From contig CAITGV010000001.1 of assembly GCA_903892035.1 (NCBI GenBank), positions 291,310 through 355,309 on the forward strand: a stretch of 64,000 bases of DNA. Direction: 5' to 3'. Of this stretch, positions 54,976 through 64,000 are shown in pieces; position 1 is the stretch's first letter; every line of letters starts with the position of its first letter. The position numbers and the translations under genes were made by a program. The notes below the pieces were generated by a model. The model made no database searches. It saw only the letters and a program-made list of their open reading frames with translations, and had not been told where the DNA came from. This stretch comes from an uncultured bacterium. Lineage in GTDB: Bacteria; Patescibacteriota; Minisyncoccia; Phycocordibacterales; UBA9973.

Positions 54976-55367
54976 TTCTCCAAGTTGGTGTGAAAATTTT
55001 ATTGAAGAATAAAGAGGGTAAATACCTGGTTGTTTGTAGGAGCGTGGAAAAATATCCGACTGTCGGTGCGAAATGGGATATGGCAGGAGGGAGAATTGAT
55101 CCAGGGACCACTTTACTGGAAAATTTAAAAAGAGAAGTGATGGAAGAAACAGGGCTTGAAATAAATGGCGAGCCTCGTCTTGTGTCTGCGCAAGATATTT
55201 TAAAAGAGGACAAGCATGTGGTACGCTTGAGCTATGTGGGGCAGGCCGATGGCGAAGTCGTACTTTCTGATGAGCATTCTGATTTCAAGTGGCTCACAAT
55301 AGAGGAAATAGAAAAACTCGATCCGCTCGACAAATATTTTAAAGAAATTATCAGTTTATATAAATAA
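54972..55367 (+). CDS. NUDIX hydrolase
   Basis: Nudix box GGRIDPGTTLLENLKREVMEETGL. Confidence 0.65.
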   Translation: MILQVGVKILLKNKEGKYLVVCRSVEKYPTVGAKWDMAGGRIDPGTTLLENLKREVMEETGLEINGEPRLVSAQDILKEDKHVVRLSYVGQADGEVVLSDEHSDFKWLTIEEIEKLDPLDKYFKEIISLYK

Positions 55368-55368
55368 A

Positions 55369-55785
55369 ATGCAAAACGATCAGATAAAAGTCGGAGTTGG
55401 TGTAATGATACTGAAAGACGGAAAAGTGTTGATGGGTAAAAGAAAAGGGAAGCACGGCGCTGACGAATATGGTTGGCCAGGTGGGCACCTTGATTACATG
55501 GAATCAATTGTTGGCTGTGCGAAAAGGGAAGTTTTTGAGGAAACGGGAATTCAAATAAAAAATATTCGTTTTTTGCGTTTGTTAAATATGAAAGAATACA
55601 GCAGACACTATCTAGATATTGCAATGACTGCTGAATGGGAAAGCGGAGAGGTAGAGTTGAGAGAGCCTGAAAAATGCGAAGGTTGGGCTTGGTATGATAC
55701 AGATAATTTACCAAAACCACTTTTTGCTCCAGTCCCGACATTTTTTGAAGCATTAAAAACTGGTCAAAATTTTTTTGATAATTAA
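55369..55785 (+). CDS. NUDIX hydrolase
   Basis: Nudix box GGHLDYMESIVGCAKREVFEETGI. Confidence 0.65.
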   Translation: MQNDQIKVGVGVMILKDGKVLMGKRKGKHGADEYGWPGGHLDYMESIVGCAKREVFEETGIQIKNIRFLRLLNMKEYSRHYLDIAMTAEWESGEVELREPEKCEGWAWYDTDNLPKPLFAPVPTFFEALKTGQNFFDN

Positions 55786-56374
55786 AATGCTTCCGCAACA
55801 GATCGTCTACATTTCTATATTCACCTCGATGTTTGCCGGGTATTTTTATATACGCGATACGATAAATGGTAAAACAAAACCAAATCTTGTGTCGTGGTTT
55901 ATTTGGTTTCTCGCGACGACGATTGCAGGTACAGTTTCGCTTGTAAAGGGAGGTGGAATATCTGCATTGCCTATATTGATGGCAGGGTTTACTCCATTTG
56001 CAATTATCTTGATATCTTTTTGGAAAAAAAATGGATATTGGAAATTAGGCTTGCTTGATTATTTTTGCTTGACCTTTGCGCTTGTGGCAGTGTTGAGCTG
56101 GGTACTTTTAAAAGAAGGAACAATCGCGACGATATGTGCGATACTGGCAGACCTTATCGCTTTCATTCCGACATTTGTAAAATCTTGGAAAGATCCCGAT
56201 AGTGAAAACATTTGGCCATATTGTTCGGGAATATTTAACCCTTTTCTTACTCTGGCAACAATAAGTGTTTTCTCTTTCAATACTATAGGTTTTGCGGTGT
56301 ATCTTTTCTTTGGAAATTTGACTGAAGTCTTGATAGTTCTTGTAAAAAGGAGACTAAAAAATAAAATAGTCTAA
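55775..56374 (+). CDS. hypothetical integral membrane protein
   Basis: 199 aa with about 6 TMs. Confidence 0.35.
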   Translation: MIIKMLPQQIVYISIFTSMFAGYFYIRDTINGKTKPNLVSWFIWFLATTIAGTVSLVKGGGISALPILMAGFTPFAIILISFWKKNGYWKLGLLDYFCLTFALVAVLSWVLLKEGTIATICAILADLIAFIPTFVKSWKDPDSENIWPYCSGIFNPFLTLATISVFSFNTIGFAVYLFFGNLTEVLIVLVKRRLKNKIV

Positions 56375-56401
56375 AAAGCCGTTTTCTGCTATATTTTCTG
56401 T

Positions 56402-57097
56402 ATGGTAAAAAAGGGAAAATTGATTGTCATAGACGGCACAGATGGAAGCGGAAAAGCGACGCAGGTCGCGCTTTTGGAAATGAAGCTGAAGAAAGATGGA
56501 AGGACAGTGAAGATTGTAGATTTTCCAGAATATTATAAAAATTTTTTCGGAGAGTTTATCGGCCACTGTCTTTCCGAACAATATTACAATTTCGTGAAAG
56601 TGCATCCAAAAATTGCTTCTGTACTTTATGCTGCAGACCGTTTTGAATCAAAAGGGGAGCTTGAATCATGGCTTTCACTCGGCTACGTAGTACTTGCAAA
56701 TCGCTATGTTTCTGCAAACCAAATTCACCAGGGTGGAAAAATTTCAAACCCAAGCAAGCGTGCTGCATATATGAAATGGCTTGAAAAAATGGAATACGAA
56801 GTTTTTAAAATTCCAAGACCAGACGTCGTACTCTACCTCGATGTACCTATTGAACTAACTTCCAAAATGATGAAAGAGAGAAATAAAAATGATAAAGGCC
56901 GCGCGTACTTGGGAAAGAAAAAAGATGTTCATGAAAAAGATCAAAATTTTTTAGAAAACTCTCGCAAAAGCGCACTCTGGCTCACAAAGCATGATCGCAA
57001 TTTTATAAAAATCGAATGCGCGAAAAAAGGTACGATGCTTTCGCGTGATGAAATTCACGGCATGATTTATGAAAATGTTAAAAATATTTTGAAATAA
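56402..57097 (+). CDS. tmk: thymidylate kinase-like P-loop kinase
   Basis: P-loop IVIDGTDGSGKATQ with a dTMP-kinase-like layout. A deoxynucleoside kinase is not excluded. Confidence 0.55.
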   Translation: MVKKGKLIVIDGTDGSGKATQVALLEMKLKKDGRTVKIVDFPEYYKNFFGEFIGHCLSEQYYNFVKVHPKIASVLYAADRFESKGELESWLSLGYVVLANRYVSANQIHQGGKISNPSKRAAYMKWLEKMEYEVFKIPRPDVVLYLDVPIELTSKMMKERNKNDKGRAYLGKKKDVHEKDQNFLENSRKSALWLTKHDRNFIKIECAKKGTMLSRDEIHGMIYENVKNILK

Positions 57098-57098
57098 A

Positions 57099-57530
57099 AT
57101 GAAAATTAAGGTTAAAAAACTACATAATGATGCAAAACTTCCTACACATGGACATCCGGGTGATGCGGGGATGGATTTCTATGCAAGAGAAGATGTTTTT
57201 TTTCCTGCACATAAAAAAGAGCGAGTAAATACGGGAGTATCTGTAGAAATTCCAGATGGATATGTAGGAATGGTATGGGATAAATCTGGTATTTCCTTTA
57301 ATCTGGGACTAAAAGTAATGGGTGGTGTTATTGATTGTGGTTATCGTGGAGAGATAATTATGAATATGTTGAATACTTCAGATGCAGATATTCTTTTACC
57401 AAAAGGTCACAAAGTCGCACAAATGATTATACAAAAATTTGAACATTGTGATATTGTTGAAGTATCAGATTTATCTCACACCGTACGTGGTGAAGGTAGA
57501 GAAGGTAGTACAGGACATATGCATAAATAA
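57099..57530 (+). CDS. dut: dUTP diphosphatase
   Basis: ...AGMDFYA..., ...GVIDCGYRGEI... dUTPase motifs, 143 aa. Confidence 0.75.
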   Translation: MKIKVKKLHNDAKLPTHGHPGDAGMDFYAREDVFFPAHKKERVNTGVSVEIPDGYVGMVWDKSGISFNLGLKVMGGVIDCGYRGEIIMNMLNTSDADILLPKGHKVAQMIIQKFEHCDIVEVSDLSHTVRGEGREGSTGHMHK

Positions 57531-57538
57531 TCAAAATA

Positions 57539-59239
57539 ATGAAAACAGAAATAGAAAATAAAATAAAAGAAGTTTTAAAAAATTTAGGCATTGAAGAAAG
57601 TGTTTCGCTCGAGCGCCCAGCAGAAATGGCAAATGGTGACTATTCTACAAACGTCGCTCTTTCGTGTGCGAAAAAAATTGGAATGAATCCAAAAGAATTG
57701 GCAGAAAAAATAGTAAATGAATTAAACTTGCACATGTCTGACTTGTGCGAAAAAATTGAGACCGCTGGTCCGGGTTTTATAAATTTTTATTTGTCTCCTG
57801 AATATTATAAAAATGAAATTTCAAATATTTTAAAAAGTGAAAAAGACTATGGTAAAAATATTTTATTAAAAGGTAAAAAAGTAATGGTAGAGTACACTCA
57901 ACCAAATCCTTTCAAACCATTTCATATCGGGCACTTGATGAGTAATGCCATCGGTGAATCACTTTCTCGAATCGTGGAATTTTCTGGAGCAGAGACAATT
58001 CGTGCAAATTATCAGGGTGACATAGGTCTTCACGTTGCAAAAGCAATGTATGGAATTTTGAAATCTGGTGGTGCATATCCCGAAGGAAGTGTGGGAAGTA
58101 TCGCAGAGTTCATCGGTAAATGTTATAGCGATGCCTCAACACTTTACGAAGACAATGAAGAAATAAAAAATGAAATTGATATTTTAAATAAAAGACTTTA
58201 TGCACACGACAGTGAGCTCTGGCCTTTGTACGAAGAGGGAAGAAAGATTACGCTTGAAGCTTTTGAAGAACTTTATAAAATTCTCGGTACAAAATTTGAT
58301 GTGTATTATTTTGAATCGGAAATGGCTCAAGAGGGAACAAAGCTCGTGCAAGAATTTTTACAAAAAGGAATTTTTGAAAATTCCGATGGCGCAATAGTTT
58401 TTCACGCAGAAAAATATAATCCAAAACTTCACACACGCGTATTTTTAACAAAAGCTAATTTGCCGACTTATGAAGCAAAAGAAATTGGCTTAACTGTAAA
58501 AAAATTCCGAGATTACAATCCTGACATTTCAATTATCGATACAGCAACAGAACAAAAAGACTATATGGCAGTCGTCACAGAATCAATTCGCCAAATGTTT
58601 CCGAAAGATAAATATGCAGATCGCATGATGCACGTGACTCACGGCATGATGCGTTTTGCATCGGGTAAAATGAGTTCACGAAAAGGAAATGTCATCACAG
58701 GAGAATCGCTTGTACGCGATACAGTGGAAATTATTAAAGAAAAAATGGCAGAGAGAGAGTGGAACGATGCGGACAAGAGGGAAGTTGCCGAGATAGTCGG
58801 CGTGTCTGCAATAAAATATTCAATTCTTCGTTCAAAAATTGGTAGTGACATAGTTTACGATGTCGATAAATCAATTTCCACAGAAGGCGACTCTGGTCCA
58901 TATTTGCAATACTCCCTTACTCGAGCAAATTCAGTACTTAAAAAAGTTGCACCTCAAAACTTGGTAGTCGGAGTACCAAGTGAAATTGGTAACTTAGAAA
59001 AAATGCTTGTACGTTTTCCAGAAACTGTCGTACGTGCATGGACTGAGCTTGAACCGCACCATATCGTCACTTATTTGACCGAGCTTGCTGCAGCTTTCAA
59101 CAGTTTTTATGCTAAAGAAAAAATTTCAGATCCATCTGATCCAAATTCTCCATATCGTGTAGCACTTACTCAAGCATTTTCAATCGTTATGCAAAATGGT
59201 TTGTACTTGATAGGTATAAAAATTCCAAACAAGATGTAA
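57539..59239 (+). CDS. argS: arginine--tRNA ligase
   Basis: HIGH-class motif (PFHIGHLMSNAIGESLSRI), KMSS-like region and a C-terminal DALR anticodon-binding domain. Confidence 0.85.
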   Translation: MKTEIENKIKEVLKNLGIEESVSLERPAEMANGDYSTNVALSCAKKIGMNPKELAEKIVNELNLHMSDLCEKIETAGPGFINFYLSPEYYKNEISNILKSEKDYGKNILLKGKKVMVEYTQPNPFKPFHIGHLMSNAIGESLSRIVEFSGAETIRANYQGDIGLHVAKAMYGILKSGGAYPEGSVGSIAEFIGKCYSDASTLYEDNEEIKNEIDILNKRLYAHDSELWPLYEEGRKITLEAFEELYKILGTKFDVYYFESEMAQEGTKLVQEFLQKGIFENSDGAIVFHAEKYNPKLHTRVFLTKANLPTYEAKEIGLTVKKFRDYNPDISIIDTATEQKDYMAVVTESIRQMFPKDKYADRMMHVTHGMMRFASGKMSSRKGNVITGESLVRDTVEIIKEKMAEREWNDADKREVAEIVGVSAIKYSILRSKIGSDIVYDVDKSISTEGDSGPYLQYSLTRANSVLKKVAPQNLVVGVPSEIGNLEKMLVRFPETVVRAWTELEPHHIVTYLTELAAAFNSFYAKEKISDPSDPNSPYRVALTQAFSIVMQNGLYLIGIKIPNKM

Positions 59240-59259
59240 TTGTAGTAGAATGCTACTAC

Positions 59260-61008
59260 ATGACCCAAAGTGAAGCACTAAATATTTTAAAGACTGGCGC
59301 AAATGTTTTTCTCACTGGTGAGCCGGGGGCGGGCAAGACGTATACTATAAATGCATATGTCTCATATTTGCTCGACAGTGGTATCACACCAGCCATCACA
59401 GCTTCGACAGGTATTGCCGCGACGCATATAGGCGGGATGACGATTCATTCGTGGAGCGGAATAGGTATTCGCACAAAGCTCGACAAATATGATTTAGACA
59501 AAATTACAAGTAGTGAATACATTGCAAAAAGAATTTTAAAAACAAAAGTTTTAATTATAGACGAAGTTTCGATGCTTTCTGCGGATATGCTCGATATGAT
59601 TGACGCAGTGTGTAGGGAAGTGCGACAAAATGAAGAAGCATTTGGTGGAATGCAAGTCGTACTTGTGGGAGATTTTTTTCAACTTCCACCAATTGTAAAA
59701 AATAATATTGTGGAGAGTAAACAGAATTCACTTTTACAAAAACCCAAAAATAAATCTTCAGCAAATTTTGCTTACGATGCTAGTGCGTGGGAGAGAGCGA
59801 AACCAATCGTTTGTTATTTGACCGAACAACATCGCCAGGATGATGATAATTTTCTTTCAGTGCTTTCGGCAATTCGAGCGGACAAAGTAGGTGAAGAGCA
59901 TTTTGATTTGATTACTCGCCGGCAGATAGTGGAGGACGATGCCCCAGAAGATGTGACAAAACTTTTCTCTCACAATTTTGATGTGGATCGCGTAAATACT
60001 ATTGAGCTTGAAAAATTGCAAACAAAAAAGAAAAATTTTTCAATGCATTCAAATGGACATGAAAATATTGTAAATTCTTTAAAAAAAGGTTGCCTTTCTC
60101 CCGAGGAACTTGAGTTGCGCGTCGGTGCTGTCGTAATGTGTACTAAAAATAATCAAAAAGAAAATTATGTAAATGGCACACTCGGTGTCGTCGTAGGTTT
60201 CGATGAATTTAGCAATTATCCAATTATTGAAACTCGTGACAGCAGGCACATCACTATCGAACCCGCAGATTGGGTAGTGGAAGAAAATGGTAAGATTCGC
60301 GCCGAGATCACTCAGATTCCTCTTCGACTTGCTTGGGCTATAACAGTGCACAAAAGCCAGGGAATGAGTCTAGACGCCGCAGTGATGGACCTTTCTCAGG
60401 TATTTGAATATGGGCAGGGCTATGTAGCCCTTTCTCGCGTACGCAGACTTTCTGGTTTGTATTTGCTTGGTATAAATGACAATGCGCTAAAGGTTCACCC
60501 AGAAGTTTTGGAGCAAGATATTTTGTTTAAAGAAAAATCTGAAAATGCAGTGCTGGCATTTAATAAAATTTCTGAAATTGGTTTGAAAAAAATGCACGAC
60601 AACTTTGTCACAGCTTGCGGTGGCAAGGTGCGAAAAGAGGGAACTGAAAGCCCACGAAGCAAGGCTTCGTGGGCTACAGCTCGAATGCCAAAAATAAAAA
60701 AAGTTGATACCAAACTCGCAACTTTGGCACTTTGGAATGAAGGCAAAACTATTTCTCAAATTTCAAAAATTCGCGAGCTCGCTCCGCAGACGATAATGGG
60801 CCACATCGAAGAGCTCGCAGATGCAGATAAAATTTCTCTTGTCGACATAGCTCGCCTCGTCACTCCAAAATTAAAAAAATCTCTTCCTGAAATTCACAAA
60901 GCCTTCCGCTCTGTCGGTGCCGACAAGCTCACACCCATCAAAGAGCATTTCAAAGACAAATACACTTTCGACGAACTCCGCATAGCAAGAATGCTTATAA
61001 ATAAATAA
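59260..61008 (+). CDS. Pif1/RecD-family SF1 helicase
   Basis: Walker A TGEPGAGKTYT, Walker B LIIDEVSM, and ...VLVGDFFQLPPI... typical of Pif1/RecD. Confidence 0.65.
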   Translation: MTQSEALNILKTGANVFLTGEPGAGKTYTINAYVSYLLDSGITPAITASTGIAATHIGGMTIHSWSGIGIRTKLDKYDLDKITSSEYIAKRILKTKVLIIDEVSMLSADMLDMIDAVCREVRQNEEAFGGMQVVLVGDFFQLPPIVKNNIVESKQNSLLQKPKNKSSANFAYDASAWERAKPIVCYLTEQHRQDDDNFLSVLSAIRADKVGEEHFDLITRRQIVEDDAPEDVTKLFSHNFDVDRVNTIELEKLQTKKKNFSMHSNGHENIVNSLKKGCLSPEELELRVGAVVMCTKNNQKENYVNGTLGVVVGFDEFSNYPIIETRDSRHITIEPADWVVEENGKIRAEITQIPLRLAWAITVHKSQGMSLDAAVMDLSQVFEYGQGYVALSRVRRLSGLYLLGINDNALKVHPEVLEQDILFKEKSENAVLAFNKISEIGLKKMHDNFVTACGGKVRKEGTESPRSKASWATARMPKIKKVDTKLATLALWNEGKTISQISKIRELAPQTIMGHIEELADADKISLVDIARLVTPKLKKSLPEIHKAFRSVGADKLTPIKEHFKDKYTFDELRIARMLINK

Positions 61009-61031
61009 TCACACAGGATAATCCTGTGTGA
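61009..61031 (+). terminator. perfect 10-bp stem-loop (no strong T-run)
   Basis: tcacacagga-taa-tcctgtgtga. Confidence 0.4.
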
Positions 61032-61096
61032 TAGGGTTTAAGTTATCCACCTTTTACCTTTTCTAAAAATTTTAAAGAGTTATAATTTTATTTAAT

Positions 61097-64000
61097 ATGA
61101 ATAAAATTACGCGTGTGCGTGTTTTGTTATCTATTATCATAATTTTTATCAGTGTTTTCTTTTTTACGCCGAAAGCTCAAGCTTCGACGATAGTGACAGA
61201 CGATATCACTTCTGACACGACGTGGACTCTCTCAGGTAGCCCATATGTTTTATTAAATTATATAAATGTATATCAAGGCACCACGCTCACGATACAGCCA
61301 GGTGTAATAGTAAAATCTAGTACTGACGATGGTTTAAGTGTGACGGGTTCGTTGATCGCAAATGGTACTTTATCACAACCAATTATCTTCACATCATATA
61401 AAGACGACAGCGTAGGTGGTGATACAAATGCTGATGGAGTTTCATATCCCGCTGCTAGAGATTGGAAAGGTCTTTATATCAATGACCCCACAAGTAGAAG
61501 TGTATTTTCTCATATAATTTTTAATTATTCGTATTCTCCATTTTACATATCAGATACTCCCACATTCAATATGACGGACTTTCGTGCCAGTAATTTTATA
61601 TACGGCCCAGTATTTGCGAACAACACAAACGGTGTAGTAGATGGTTATTATGTTGAAAATGGAAGAAATAACTTTGATATTTGTAACAACAGTTCGGTTA
61701 CGATGAACAATTTTGACATCGGATATTCAACAATGTTTGAAGCTGTCACTGTTTCTGAAGATTCTTCACTTACGATGACAAATGGAGTATTTCACGACAT
61801 AAGCGACAATGGTATCGCTATTTATGATAGCGGACATATTTCTTTAAACCACGTGACTTTTACGAGAGTAGATGGGACAGCTATAAGTGAATATGGCAAC
61901 GATATGCAATATTATGGATCTAATAGTATTTCGATTATAAATTCAAAAATTCAAGATGCTAATTGGGCATTTTCTATTTATGACGGTCACACAATTTTAA
62001 ATATAAATCACAATTCAATTTCTGGAAATAATTACGGAGTTTTCAATGATACTTTTGATGATAATACAAATACATATACAAATTTAAACTTCGCAAACAA
62101 TTGGTGGGGTGATGCTTCAGGTCCTTACAATCAAATTTCAAATCCATCTGGTCTTGGCGACGAAGTATCTGACGAAGTCACAGTGAGCCCTTGGCTTACG
62201 TCTGACCCACTTCTTGCGACCCACAATCCTGTGATTATCGTTCCTGGACTTATCGGCACGCAAATATTAAAAAATTATAGCGATCATAGTGAAATTTGGC
62301 CAAACATTACGACGCTCATAACTTCAATTTCAGATTCATTTCTTACTCCTCTCGCTTTAAATTCAAATGGCACAGAAAATTCTACTTACCCGATGGCACT
62401 CGGTGATATTTTGCGAAGTGTCGCAGGCAAGGATATTTTTGCAGGTTTAATTACGAACCTTACTTCTAGTGGTTATACAGAAGGCACAAATCTTTTTGTC
62501 TTTCCTTACGATTGGCGCAAGAGTGATGTGGACGACGCAGTGTTATTAAAAAATAAAATTGACGCAGTGCTTGCGCAAACTGGTGCGACAAAAGTGGACC
62601 TGATAGCGCACAGTATGGGAGGCCTCGTCGCGAAGTCATACATTGCACAAAATGGAACTGGCAGTGTAGGCAAAATGATTTTCATTGGCACTCCGCATTT
62701 GGGTGCACCGAAGTCTTTTAAAGCCTTGATGTACGGAGATGATATGGGATTTCATTTTGGAATCGAACTTTTAAGTTCTGCTGAAGTAAAGTTGTTTTCT
62801 CAAAACTTTCCTTCAGCATTTGATTTAATACCAAGTAGAAAATACGTCGATGGTGAAAATAATTTCCTTGGTACGAAATATGTAAATGACGCGACGACAA
62901 ATACTGGTGGGTGGCTTTCTTATAATCAGACGAAAACCTTTATGACTACTGCTGGCAGAAATAATTCACTATTTTCTCAAGCAGAAAGTTTGCACAGTGC
63001 GACCGACGACCTCGATATGACCGGCGCTGATGTTTACAATTTTTCTGGTTGCGGGGGTAAAACAATTGGAAGAATTACAGCTACAAAAGAAAAGTCGTGG
63101 ACTTCACTTTGGCAGAAAGTCGTAGACGATTACCAGCTCGGCTATACCGATGGCGACGAGACAGTGCCAGTACTTTCTTCTGCTGGAACATACACTCATC
63201 AGTACTATATTAAAGGGTATTCTCATGCATTGCTTCCGTCGGCAAATGGAGTTCCAGATACAATTCTTTCCATTCTTTCAGGAAATACAATTCCAACGTA
63301 CCAAAATATTTCTACAAATAATTCATTCTGCGGAATTTCTGGAAAAGTTGTAAGTTCGCATAGCCCTGTGACTCTTGATGTCTACGACAATGCTGGCAAC
63401 CATACAGGGCCCACAAGTACAGGGGACATTGAATATGGTATTCCAGGAGTAGCATACGATATTGTAGGTGATGCGAAGTTTGCGTTTTTACCAGACGGTG
63501 GAGATTATAAGGTGGTAAACAAAGCTACTGATACAGGTGCTTACAATTTCTTTGTGCAGACAGTAAATGCGAGTGACCAGGTAACAAATACAGAATACTT
63601 CAATCAAATTCCACTCAATACAATGCAGACAAATAGTGAAGTGGATATTAGTCCTAATACAACAAATAATGTGGTAAAAATTGATCAGACCGGTGACGGA
63701 ATATTCGAAAATACAATTCAGCCTTCGGCTGTGCTTGATGCGACAAAGTCTCTCGATACTACAGCACCTGTGACAAAAATGAAAAAACAAGATGGTAAAA
63801 TAAAATTTACAGCATCTGATGACAATTCAGGAGTATTGAAGATTGAATACTCAGTTAATAAAGGAGCAACATGGAAAGTGTATACGAAACCGTTTGAAGC
63901 TGATGTAAAGAAAATATGGTATTTTTCCACAGATAAAGCTGGCAATGCTGAGGCGGTAAATGTTTCAAATAAAGAAGACAAAGATTCTCGTCATAAATAT
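61097..64000 (+). CDS. large secreted protein: N-terminal right-handed beta-helix-like region plus a lipase/esterase (alpha/beta-hydrolase) domain, continuing past the window end
   Basis: Signal peptide (MNKITRVRVLLSIIIIFISVFFFTPKAQA), beta-helix-like repeats (..GTTLTIQPGVIVK.., NHNSISGNNYGVF) and the lipase nucleophile motif LIAHSMGGLV. The ATG is at 61097, and the frame was checked as open at several points and at the 3' window edge. It is absent from the ORF track, presumably because it has no stop within the window. Confidence 0.5.
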   Translation, partial: MNKITRVRVLLSIIIIFISVFFFTPKAQASTIVTDDITSDTTWTLSGSPYVLLNYINVYQGTTLTIQPGVIVKSSTDDGLSVTGSLIANGTLSQPIIFTSYKDDSVGGDTNADGVSYPAARDWKGLYINDPTSRSVFSHIIFNYSYSPFYISDTPTFNMTDFRASNFIYGPVFANNTNGVVDGYYVENGRNNFDICNNSSVTMNNFDIGYSTMFEAVTVSEDSSLTMTNGVFHDISDNGIAIYDSGHISLNHVTFTRVDGTAISEYGNDMQYYGSNSISIINSKIQDANWAFSIYDGHTILNINHNSISGNNYGVFNDTFDDNTNTYTNLNFANNWWGDASGPYNQISNPSGLGDEVSDEVTVSPWLTSDPLLATHNPVIIVPGLIGTQILKNYSDHSEIWPNITTLITSISDSFLTPLALNSNGTENSTYPMALGDILRSVAGKDIFAGLITNLTSSGYTEGTNLFVFPYDWRKSDVDDAVLLKNKIDAVLAQTGATKVDLIAHSMGGLVAKSYIAQNGTGSVGKMIFIGTPHLGAPKSFKALMYGDDMGFHFGIELLSSAEVKLFSQNFPSAFDLIPSRKYVDGENNFLGTKYVNDATTNTGGWLSYNQTKTFMTTAGRNNSLFSQAESLHSATDDLDMTGADVYNFSGCGGKTIGRITATKEKSWTSLWQKVVDDYQLGYTDGDETVPVLSSAGTYTHQYYIKGYSHALLPSANGVPDTILSILSGNTIPTYQNISTNNSFCGISGKVVSSHSPVTLDVYDNAGNHTGPTSTGDIEYGIPGVAYDIVGDAKFAFLPDGGDYKVVNKATDTGAYNFFVQTVNASDQVTNTEYFNQIPLNTMQTNSEVDISPNTTNNVVKIDQTGDGIFENTIQPSAVLDATKSLDTTAPVTKMKKQDGKIKFTASDDNSGVLKIEYSVNKGATWKVYTKPFEADVKKIWYFSTDKAGNAEAVNVSNKEDKDSRHKY

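Noticed and set aside
1-64000. Searched for CRISPR arrays, transposase/integrase/recombinase genes and a reverse transcriptase (YxDD, for a DGR or retron), and for tmRNA, SRP RNA and RNase P RNA signatures.
   Set aside because: No regularly spaced direct repeats with spacers were found. No protein shows DDE, tyrosine-recombinase or RT motifs. The ggttcgattcc T-loop-like sequences occur only inside the annotated tRNAs, and no 4.5S domain-IV-like motif was seen.

Overview
The window reads as a low-GC (~35%), gene-dense stretch of a small bacterial genome, with tight or overlapping gene junctions, seven scattered tRNAs, few biosynthetic enzymes and many salvage and surface functions. It contains no rRNA, CRISPR array, transposase, integrase or reverse transcriptase. 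This resembles a Patescibacteria (CPR)-like organism, but that placement is an inference and has not been verified.

Recognisable content:
- **Information processing:** 3' end of polA; holA-like; ruvA and ruvX; fpg; secE-nusG-rplK; rpsT; rplS; argS; a DEAD-box helicase; a Pif1/RecD-like helicase.
- **Envelope and redox:** uppP; DsbB plus a CPHC thioredoxin-fold protein; a separate VKOR-like gene; DedA; pilM, pilN and pilO.
- **Efflux:** an EmrAB-like HlyD-HlyD-MFS set; an MsbA-like ABC exporter.
- **Thymidylate, folate and dNTP-sanitation block at 45-57.5 kb:** DHFR-like; CofE-like ligase; dCMP deaminase; MazG; folA; M24 peptidase; thyA; glyA; CYTH; two NUDIX genes; tmk; dut.
- **Central and purine metabolism:** gpmI; a 2-hydroxyacid dehydrogenase; an archaeal-type short purA; a PurO-like IMP cyclohydrolase.
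- **Accessory-looking loci:**
  - a bshC-like/bshB/bshA (bacillithiol-type) operon;
  - a YefM/RelE toxin-antitoxin pair whose toxin is frameshifted in a poly-A run, followed by two coupled unknown genes;
  - an unknown 311-aa gene wedged between tRNA-Arg(TCT) and tRNA-Val, with a 15-bp duplication of the tRNA-Arg 3' end;
  - a 569-aa protein with many zinc-ribbon-like CxxC motifs;
  - several perfect long inverted repeats, two of which engulf tRNA 3' ends.

All calls come from reading the translations and the DNA directly; no database search was run.
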